From Owenia fusiformis (Eukaryota), in the NCBI GenBank assembly GCA_903813345.2, contig CAIIXF020000001.1:15872001-15936000 (forward strand): DNA of 64,000 nucleotides, written 5' to 3'. The translations under genes were made by a program, and so were the position numbers. A model generated the notes under the pieces. That model was not told where the DNA came from. It did not search any database and saw nothing but the letters and a program-made list of their open reading frames with translations. Shown one piece after another: positions 24,901 through 36,900 of the stretch (position 1 is its first letter; every line of letters begins with the position of its first letter).

Positions 24901-27900
24901 CTTCAGTATGTATCATTTATCATTTGTAAACTATTATAATGTCCTCTTTTACAGCACATTGACTACTGATGAGTTTGTGCTTTGCCGTGGTGTTATACTT
25001 AATCAAACCTATTCGGAAAACAAAGCCACCCAGAAGCCTATTGTTCGTAAGATATTTCCCCCTGCACATTTACACGTGTATGAAGCCAGCATGCGTGGTG
25101 ACAACATTTACATCACATGTCTAGCTAGATTTGAACATACAAATTATGCATGCATAGCTGATACCTGTGCGTAAAATTCTTCAAAAATTATCTTGACTGT
25201 GTCGACTTGCATATCCCATGGTTTGGTACTGGCACATAGATCACAGGCAGTCATCGCAATTGCCTTGGCAAATGACCTATTTGAAAGCACGGCCAAATAC
25301 AATAAAGCATTCACATTCTGTTTGTGTTTATTTGATCACTGCATTACACACAATAAATCAAACCCACTGGAATGAAGAAGTGCAGTGAGGAGAGATAAAA
25401 TGAAATGATAGACAGAGGTACGACGATCAGGGCAATCATGCAAATACACTTTTCTAGTTTTGAATACCTGGGCATAGAACTCCTCGAAGATGACCTTGAC
25501 TGTGCTGACCTGCACTTGCCAAGGTTTGGTGCTTGCACAAAGGTCGCTAGCCGTCATGGCTATAGCCTGTATCAACCGCCTAAGTAAGCATAGATATTGG
25601 AGAAAATAGCTCTTCAATTTGAATTTCGAAGTCAAAGTAAAAGAATACTACAGTTTTAACTTCAGGTTAGATAACGGAAGTTTCACAAGAGGAACACACC
25701 AGTAATATATAGTTTACTAGGTCAGAATCAAGACTACTAGAAAAGTATTTAGAAAGATACGCATGATTATAATTTTCTTATAATAATCTTTATAATACAA
25801 TTGTGTGGATGTTTACTTTTTTTAACATTTTTAATAAAAATGCAGAATGACACTAACAGACCGAGTTCATAATGAGTGCAAATAATTTTAGATAATAAAA
25901 TATAACTTTAATTTCACAAAATACAGATTTCACCTCAATTTATTTCATACTAAAATGATAATTTTATTAAAATATGTAACATTGGATCGAATTTCCATAC
26001 CTGTGGTCTTGGGCTTCCCATGAAAACTCTTTCTTTTCACAAAGATCCTTTAGTTTCGCCCTGTTGGGGAAAAACAATGCCAGATCTGTGGCCAGGATAC
26101 AATGTTTGATGTCACTTAAGACTTTCTTGTATTCATCTGATGTCAGGTGCTTGAATATATTGTGACCATCACGCTGCAAAATGGTGGAAATAGCTGAATG
26201 AATAATTGAAATAATTGAATTAAATAAACTTTTTCTTACCATTCAATCATTATATTTTACAGTTCATACATTTCTGATATAACATTTTGCTCCCCATATT
26301 TTTCGCAATTACAATAATATGAATTGAATACAGTTATTTGACATGCATCTAAAATAATAATCATAATCAAACCTTAGAACAAAACGCAAACCGGCTACAC
26401 AGGAATCAATGGTAAGATCAAATATGGTAGATTAAAACTCGAGGCTATATACAGTTGATCCTATATGTGTTTATTCCTTTCAACTTACCGGTTGATTTAA
26501 TATATGATAACATGACCAGATAAATTTTCTTTAGGCCAATAATAAATCAACATATACATGCAACACATTTCAGTTAATGACGAACACTTAATTCCCTATT
26601 CAACTGTGTACTACACCTGTTTTGAAATCAATAAATAGACTAAAAATTAACGTGTTAAGCAAACATTATGACAACACGTTTTGATGTATATGTAAAGGTT
26701 TTGACATTGTGGTCACTCTGTAAATGATTTTGCATTGCATTGCATTGGTTAAATAAAATCATTAAAGCATACCCCATTAAAGCATTCCCAACAATGACAA
26801 TATATAACAACACATGCGATGAATGGTACAGTTCTTACTTGTAAGATTGAGATGGTGTGATTAAAATGATGTTGTTCCATAGTTGAAGTGGAGTATATGG
26901 CTGCTAGGGGACTCGCAGTCTTCACCATGAAGGCATTTGTGTAACCCCGGTGATCAACATCGTGACAGAGGCATGCAACAAACAATGCCAGTCGCTGCAA
27001 CATCAAATATGGGTTCATGTGACCGATACAACAGCTCATGGTTACAACATATTTTGGGTGATACCCATGCATATGATTGGATGATCACACTGCATTTTCA
27101 TATTTCATACCATGGACATGAAGGAATGGATAGGAATGTTTAGGGAACTGGTCTCTCCAATTTAGTTTTGTTTTAGCCCAATAGGCCACACAAAATGGGT
27201 GAGATTACTGAGCCAGCGAAAGATTCCAAAACATTTCCTCAAGTTTATTCATCCATTTTTTCTCACATTCCATACGTGAAAAGTGTACAACATAAATATC
27301 CTGCTTCCTGGAAAGAATGCTATGAATTAGTAAGGTTGTGAGGTTGGAGTTTGGGTAACATAAAGCGTGATACCACATCCCATGCACAATTCGGTTATAC
27401 CTTGTGTACATGTACATTCACAATACCACAGGGTATGTACCTGTAGGATAGTCACTGTCATATTAAAGTGGTGGTGTTCCATAGTTGATGTGCTATATAT
27501 ATCAGCTAGAGGAGAACATGATTTCACCATAAATGAGTTGGTCTTCCCTCTGTGGTCCAGATCGTGGCATAAACATGCTACATACAATGCCATATTCTGC
27601 AAAAGTACTACAAGTGTGGGGAAATATTTAACAGACGAATGAGAGGGAGATACTTTAAGCCAGATTTTGGAGCGTTTGTCCATTCTAAAAGTATGCATAT
27701 ATGTTTTTCATACATCCTAAATTTTCGTATCATGTCCAGTGATACTTTGATTTGGTTAACAGTGATTCAATTAGGCTACTTTTCTGTTCTTTTTTCTCAT
27801 CGGATCTACAGCAAAAGACATGGAGCTGCAAAACACTACATAACATTCATGTAACATCGAAAAAACGCAATCAATTCAGCATTGGGACTGATTGAATCAT

Positions 27901-30900
27901 AGTATTTTACTAGTTTCATACAGCATAGACTAACTGTAGTTTACACGAGCTGATGATTTTATGTGCAATTGGGGGTACCACTTGTAAGTATATCAGGACA
28001 TGTCCTGGGTGTTCCGTATTACCGTCCATATTTTCGGTTATTTGCAAATGTTTATTTGTTATTTCTAAAGATAGTCTACTATAGTATAACTTATATAGGC
28101 AATTTTCCACAGTGATTATCGAGCAATCATTTTGCACAAGATTCCTGATTAATGACCTAATTATCAGGGTCAGTGAAATAAAATCATTACCTCAAGAGGG
28201 TTGAATATATTGTCCGTGGTCTTTATGACAGTGTACATGGCGTGGGCGACCGAGAAAGCATGGCTCCAATTGTGGTATGGCACATTACGATAATTCTTTC
28301 TCACAGTCAATGTGAACTTTATCAAACTGCTAATGTCGAACCTTGAAATAATAATATGCTAAATTGATATATAATTGATGATTGTTTATATGGTTAAAAG
28401 TTATTTCTGCATATCAAGAATTTGAAGACGTGCTAGACCGATTGATTTATGTGTATGTTATATAATATATTACAGAATGCACTGTTTGCACAGGAGTTTG
28501 ATTTTAACCCATGGTAATATTATAATGAACTGTACCTAAATAGAAAGAAAACTTGAAATTATTTTATTACAAATGCCTTAAATTCATTATAGTAAATGTG
28601 TATGTTTGTTAAAATGAAGAGACAATATCTACACGTCTAGTTTTAAAACGGAAAACATTTACGCATAAAGATAAATATTGTATTGGTCAAAAATACCAAT
28701 AATTATTGCTATTAAATAATAAATTAAGGTGTTTGTAACTACACTTTGATTACCCATATGAAACATTTATATATAACTTTAAGTACATAAATAATGCAAT
28801 AAAGCGCCCTAAAATTTTATTCTATGCACAGAAAAAGCTGATAAATCCTAAAATATAACTATTCACATTATACCTTTGGTCCCCCTCTTGGTCGCTATTA
28901 TGTGAAATAGTATAATTGAAATGTTTAATATTTGTGAAATCTACAACAATCCTTTAAGTAAAGGAGCATGGAAGGTATTGCAACAGATTTCAGACAGTCA
29001 TATGTTGGATTTTGCCTATTTTGGGAGGATTTGTACAGGTGCATATGCTAGGCCAATGCATAAACTCCATGACAAGCACTCATAAAGATGATAGAATAAT
29101 TGACTCTGAGACAGGAAGGGTGCAAACACCCCACCAACACGTTTTTCCTGAAATGTTGTCCTAATTTTCGGCCCTTTCCACCCCTGTCTCTTCAATGCTC
29201 GATGCATATATATGTTGCGTTTTGAGACAAAGTTAACCTCTTAAAAGGAAAATGGATTCATTTGGGATAAAGTGGAAAACAATATTTCCCATGTTATTTT
29301 CCCATAGGGAAAACTCATGCGATCCATTGTTTTCAGCTTGATTTTGGTCACCTATAAACCCCTGCATGAATCCTGTTTTCCTTTAAAGAGGTTAGCGGTG
29401 TCTCTAAACGCAACATACTGATGCATCAAACATTGAAAAACAGGGGTGAAAAGGGCTGAAAATCAGGACGTTTCAAGAAAATATGTTGTTGGGATGTTTG
29501 CACTATCCCTGTCTCAAAGTCCAAATCGTTTTATCATCTCTATAAGTGATTGTCCTGGAGTTAATGCCTAACATATGCACCTGTTCCAACATATGACTGT
29601 CTGAAATCTGTCGCGATACCTCCCGTGTTCCTATAAAGACAAGTCGCTTTTTACAATACTCATAATATTTATAGTAATTATGCTTGGGAGATTGCTCTAC
29701 TGGTCAAAATAGGTCTAATATCATTAAGACTAATCCTTCACCAAATTTGTGTTGCATTATCTCTCAAACAAATGGTAGGCATATGCCTCAGTAGTTAACT
29801 GTTAAAACAATATCAAACAACACCAGGTATGGATTACTTGGTGCTTTGCTAGAATTACTACTCTGTAAGGACAATGATTTGGTGAGAGGGCAGAAAAAAA
29901 TATATTTAAGATTCTACTATACCTTGACATGTTGAAGATGTCTTTGAACATGTACAGGACATACTGGGGCTTGTCTTCATTCAATACTCCCCATGGCGAG
30001 AATTCGTATCTAACAAATACATATGCATAGGATTTTAATGACAGTCATTGGGTGATTGTTTCTAGTATCAGTCAATTTTAATTTTGTAGGCGTTCTAGGG
30101 TTTGTTCCTAGTTTAAATACGCTTCTACATATCACTACAACATCTGCATTAATTATAGTAAGTTAATTGTATAATTGCGTGCGTTTCACAAAACTATGAC
30201 TCAGTTGTAAACTAAATGATAAGGAATCCAAATATATTAGAATTCTAATGTGTAACATCCTCCTAACGTAGGGTTCCAGATCTAGACATCATCCACTACT
30301 AGATTGAATGACATCCGGCACCTTGCGTTTGGAGGATGAATGTGCAAATAATGCAATATCAAGTTATTATACTGTAGTATTGGTTATTTCAACTCACAGT
30401 GTGACATCAGGTAGTGTTGTGGGTATGACTCGGTCTTTGTATTGAGAAAACTCATCTTCTGTGCATTGGCTATGGTAGGATAGTACTTCAAGTGCAACCT
30501 TGTGTTTTTGTTCAGACCGACGGATTTTATCATAAAGCTATAATGTAAATGCACTTCGGTTAATTCAAATCTGTTATGCAATCCTGAATGATGGGCGAAC
30601 ATTGTTTCTAATGCGTTGGATCATAATTGGGGTACTTGGGTTTGTTGACTTGTTTCTTGCCTTCGTCTTAATACACTTGGGTTCTTCTTATGTCACTGTG
30701 CTAACATACATGTACCATATAAAGTGAAACCGGTAGTGACTGAATTACTTCTTCTGTTATTTTCTGTTTTAATAATCATTTTATAGATATTCATGATTTT
30801 ATTTATGATTTTCTGTCAGTTGCCTGGGGATTTAAACAAGAAACTAGTTGCAACGAAATGAAATCATCTTATGTTTTTTATTAAAATGTTATTACAGTAA

Positions 30901-33900
30901 AACCTGCGAACAGGGAATGCTCTTGGGACTGGAGGAAAGTTTCCTTGTTCAGAGGTTTTCCCTATAGAGAGGGGCCGCACTTTCAGCAAACTCAAACTTG
31001 CCGAATAAGATTATTTGTATATATATTGATTGATTGTACAAATGCCGATTCCATACTTGGTTACATTCTCCCCATGTTGATTTTAGCTGCTGCTAGCGTC
31101 TGATGATGTCTAGTTGATGTAATCATTGGTATGATGTGTAGAGATATATTGCTAAGAACAGAATTTCAAGTTTCAGCAACCCTATTTTATATCATTGATA
31201 ATCTAGAAGTTGGATCAGTAAAAGATTTAAAGAGATTTGGCTCAACATGACCGTGTACTTACTATCTATCAACTCCATAAAACAATTGTGTCAGTCCCTA
31301 GATTATCACAACTGATTTGATGTAATTAGGTTTTTGAAAGAAAGAATTGGTGTCATGATAATAAGTAACAGATTAGTATTAGTTTTAAAATAAATCAGGG
31401 TAATTAACAGTGGGTGGGATGCTACATCATGTCAACAATTAGCTTATCTTAATCTCAATCATATTAATCCAAGCTTTTTATATTCAGATATTGGCTTAAG
31501 ACTTTCACACCTCTGAAAAATAATGGAATATACAGTGTCACCAATATTCCATATTCCTTGTTCACAGGTGAATTTTCATAATTTGCCCCAAAATAGTGTT
31601 CCTTGTTCCCTGTTCACAGGTTTTCCCTACAGAGAGGGTCCGTTAACATATAAGTCAATGGAAAAATATTTGGTTCTTTTGAAAAGCATTCCTTGTTCAT
31701 AGGTTTTCCCTACAGAGAGGTATTCCATCGGACAGGTTTTACTGTATATATATATAGCAACATCATACTTATGTCCGATCATAAGTTCGAATAATAGTTT
31801 CAAATATTAATTGTATGACATGTATATAAGACCAATGTTAACGCTACCAGGGGGAATCGGACATGCAGACCTTACTATTTATACATGTTATTCTGTCTTT
31901 TGAAAAATTCAACTTGTAATGTATATTTCCTAGTTTTTCAAAGAAATATCAATTTAAATATCAAGACGTCATGCTTTTCTCATACTTATAGAACCCAATG
32001 TGGCTGTCACTGGTCATTTATTAAAGCAGGAAAAAAATTGCTTCATGGATGACAAAATGTTTCTACTTTCCCGGTAAATGTAGAGTCTCGCACCATACGA
32101 ATATAATTTTAGGCGATCTGTCTGCATGGGGTGGAAATAAGGTAGTCTAGTACAGTGTAGTATGAAATTGAATGATATACATGTGTGTCAAATATCAGGC
32201 AGAAATTCCTTAAAATGACAAAGATATGGGGAAACAGAGTTGCCGTTTTTTACCACCCTGTATAAATCTAGAGATAGTAAATACAAGACGTAAATGATTA
32301 TGAGAACAGGATTTATGGTAGTAGCAAGAATTTCAAAATCATTATTTTCTTAACTAATGCTAAATTATTGGAAACACAATTGCATCAATATGAAACGTTG
32401 ACTATTGGCATACATGTTACATAACACTTGGACAACATAGATGTCAATCATAAATCGATGGCTAATACCTAATGATTTATCGTTATTGTTTACCTTTGCG
32501 TGGTGAAGGGCCAAGCCACAGTACACTGCAAACGTTTCGAATGACTCTTCGTCTGATTTTGTAAACACGCCATGTGTTTTATTCACCATTTGAACGACTC
32601 CTATTATGCTATATAGTACAAAATAATTTGAATTACATTGAGTACGATGAGTCGTTAAAACTTTGAAACCTATTATGCTATATGGTACAAAATAATTTGA
32701 ATTGCATTGCATACGATAAGTTGTTAGAACGTTGAGATCCTTTTGTACAGATACCATTCTGTTGTGTAAGAGTCAAATCATCTATTGTATAACCATTTAG
32801 TATGGTTCAATATTATCTAATGTCCAGGTTATAATGAAACATTTTGGGTGTTGGAATAAGGTAATGTACTGCTTAGTCTATTGTTTCAAATTATTGCAGT
32901 TAGTTTTTTGTTGGGCATTGTTAGTCTTTAAATATTCAAATATCTAAGACAACACTTCGATTCAACACAAACGAAATGATCTGAATATGTGATATCACAT
33001 GTAAGACAAATAATATGAGGACTTACTCTCGACTTACTGTCTGACTATTTGCTACTATATCTTAACTATTCACAATGTCAAATGGAACATATCAAAATTA
33101 CATAACACAATATAGGAATATTATTTTCTTACTTGTACTTCTTTTGACTGTAAGAGGAAAAGGGAAAATATAGAGAGATTACCTATTATGAGCAAATTAA
33201 AGCAGAATGTAAATGAGTACCAGTAATACAAGCATACACATGCAAAACATACAATAATTCATTTCAAACTAACTTGCTTGAACTTAGGCATATGGCGTTA
33301 CATATACGATATATAGCCAACACAATAAAATATTATATTTTATAAAGCAAACACTCAATTGAAGAAAACGTGGATACCACAGGGGCAAATATGCAAGAAT
33401 ATACATGATTTAAATATTAAGACCATGCATCACACACAATAGTTACATCAATATTCTTTCTGAACTTGTATCGAAAGTCAATGACAAGCCCTAAAATTTG
33501 AGGCAAAACTGAATATGAATCAAACTAAAACATGGATATAGTAATAACCAATAATAACCAGAGGATTGGCCTCATATTATTATTAAAATAGAATCCATAG
33601 TGCCTCAATAATATACCAAAATATATTAATCATAAGAATAACATTTCTAAATGAGCCATGCATTTTAAGAGCATAAAATATGATTAAATAGTTTGAAAAG
33701 ATATGACAAACTAAAATTTAATAATTAAATAAAATACTATGACTATTATAATGGGATTGTTAATATCACAACATACCTTCCACGAATATATATTGGCATA
33801 CACAGAATTGTTTTCGTAGTATAGCCTGTCTGGGCATCAACATCTCTGTAAAATAATATATAATATTATATTATAATGGATTATACTATATTATACTACA

Positions 33901-36900
33901 CTATATTATATTATATTGTATTATACTATACTATATTATATTATATGTCATGCCAAGATTGTGCATCAAATATCTGGTTTAGCTTATGGTCAGGTAATTA
34001 CAGTAAAAACAGAGTGATACTTTTTATTAATAATGAATTTACACGTTGACTCATCGAATAACCACAAAGATTATCTACTTTATAAGCGAGAAGTAATATC
34101 TACATCTGCTCTTGAGAACAATTATCAAAATGGACAGCTCTAAGTTGGTGTACTTATGTACCTGTTGAACCTGTCATCGCCATAAGCATCAGAGATGTTG
34201 AGAGTATTACCGGTAGTCGCTACATGACCAGCGATTCCCTTGTCCATTGGAAATCTAAAAGTAATTGAATTGCATGATTAATAATTGTAAGATCAAAAAA
34301 TTAAAAACTATTATATATGGGTTATCAACACAATGAATAATCTTGATCAAATGATATTTAATCATAAAAACTGTTCTTTTCACCACAAATGATAAGTGAA
34401 GTATAACAGTAGTGGACAATACAACAAATAGATATAGGTGAATGATAAGGTTCACGTTCTTGCTTTTAATCATCGACTACAAATGTAACACCATTTCATT
34501 GAAGTAATGTGTGTACAGACGTCTCGTATTCAACCATATCACAGGATATGCCGCAATACATTATTCATGTACAATATTGATAAAGGATTGATTTCAACAA
34601 CTGACAATGATTGATCAATAAAATATAGTGTGGAATCAATATCGCTTTCATCTTCATGCCATATCTAGTAAATAGACTACGTGTATAACAGACGCGTTGC
34701 AATGGTTGACCCTGGTTAATAGATACCCTTAACCCTCAGTCACATAATATATCGGAAGCACTGGTACCCACCTGGTTATAAAGACGTAACGTAACTTGAC
34801 AAAATGGATAAACTTCCGTCGGAGGAGATATTGATTTCATAATAGTAACACCCAGTTACTGAAAAACTACTTATCAGTAACGAGCAAATATATCCAGCAG
34901 CTTCAATAATCAAGTGAGAATTCCCTCACTTCAGCATCCAGGACATAATTGGATACAAATCGACCTCTTTCTTGGTGCAATAAACATTTCCGCCGACGGA
35001 AGTTCATTCATTTTGTTATGAAGACGTTGCGTCTTTATAACTAGGTGGGAACCAGTGGTAAGGTCCACTTTTAGCAATGTCAACAATTTTACACTGGGTT
35101 TTCTGACTAGAAAAGATGGCAGGTCGCAAATACAGGTAGTATGTTAAAAAATTACATACAAATGAATATGACTATCATTCCTGTATCTTTTAGAAAGCAA
35201 ATGTTAACTAGTAATCTGAACCTGACCTAATTTCTTTTTGTTGTCCATCTACAGGCTGAGCACCCAAACCGTTGCCTATATCAAATATCCGAGCGTATAA
35301 TTCTTTTGTTTGGTTGTCAACCAGGAACAGTGATGCTCTATCAGCATTTACCAATTTTTGAGCAAAGTTCTGAAATATAATTTTTAACAGTTTACTTATT
35401 TATCTATTTATTTATTTACTATACTGTCCAGTGTCCAACCTATGATACAGTCTTATCAAACTCCTCCTTTATATCATTTTACATTTTGTAGGATGAAGAA
35501 CATCAAAATACTCTCTTATTTTGAAAGCGAAATCGTTTGTATATTATAAAATACCACTCTATACGAATCAGTATACTGTTAGGCAATTGCAATTTAAACA
35601 GACGAATGAAATATTCTTAATAATAATAATAAAACTATATTCCACTCACCATAATTTTCATGATGACTGTGTCCATGCTGACTATATCTTGGAATATCGA
35701 CCTTAAAATATAGTTATATAGAGTTGTACATATATCTAGATTAAGCCAAGTTTTAGTTTTTGATATTACAGGTGAAATAAAACCAAACATAACAATGTTG
35801 TTACAAAGAATTATTTAATATATATTTTGAATAGGGGAAAACATAAAAATTTACATGTAATAAGAAATGTCAAACCAAAAACATGTTTTTCCGACTAACT
35901 TACTTAGTGACTGCGAGTAGAAACTCATTCAGCTTTCGCTGTTTTGTCATGCCGTGATACATCTGAAAGTAAACGATTTAGGTAAAAGTTACCCTTTGCA
36001 TTCACATGACTTTGCCTCTCAAAAGAGAGCTTCGTCTTTTAGGACATTTCAGCTGGACTCTGCGCATAGGGGAGGTAAAAATCATTGGATATCATTCAAA
36101 ACAATAATCACTTAGCTTTACAAACTAGTTTTATTTGACTATGAGTATTCTCGTTAAAATTTTACTTTATAAATTTAAACTTAGTAAACTCAATGCAAGA
36201 GAAATATCATGACTAACAGGAAACGCTTTACAAATAAATATACATACATAACTCACTCGGTGAAACATGATACAAACAAGAGTTACACACGTAAGATTCT
36301 ATTCAACAACTCAGAAATTAATTAGAAATGATAACCAAATCAATGTCTGTGACATGTGTTCTTTTCTAGGGTATAATTTATATCTGTCATAGTCTTTCAT
36401 TTAGATCTAATCAACAAATTGCTTTACGAATCATAATTCAGGATGAAACTAATCTTGTTCATTACATTCACTTAGGAAAGCTTTCATACGTTCACCTTTG
36501 ATATTTTCTCTTCAGGAAAAAATAGAACCACTATATAATTTGATAGGATATAAAACACTATATTGCCTAATTAATCATTTATTAAGCTAGGTATCATATG
36601 TTGAGAGTGATAGGTAAATAACATTTAACAAATAAATTCTCAGTTTTTAACTAATGATACTAGTAATGAAATATACATGAAGAATGTTAGATTGTGTAAA
36701 ATACTGGTTCAACCATGAATGCAATTTTTCCTCACAGATTGAATGCAAGGTTTGAGAATACATGTGCAAGTATAAGCATGGCCTGTGGTGCTACTTGTTA
36801 TCATTTACATTTTCTATGATGCAATATACATATTGTAAAATGAATGATAAATTGGAGTTGAATTGAAACTAGGGCAGTCAAATTCTATAGGAAACTTTTA

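Noticed and set aside
21066-27596. Duplicated exons as an assembly artefact or a second PDE gene
   Set aside because: The copies are substantially diverged, their flanking introns show no obvious similarity, and they are interleaved with single-copy exons. This fits neither haplotype duplication nor whole-gene duplication.
27916-28137. ORF containing ..HVLIYLQ as a third HD exon
   Set aside because: No HD motif, weak donor, no real similarity.
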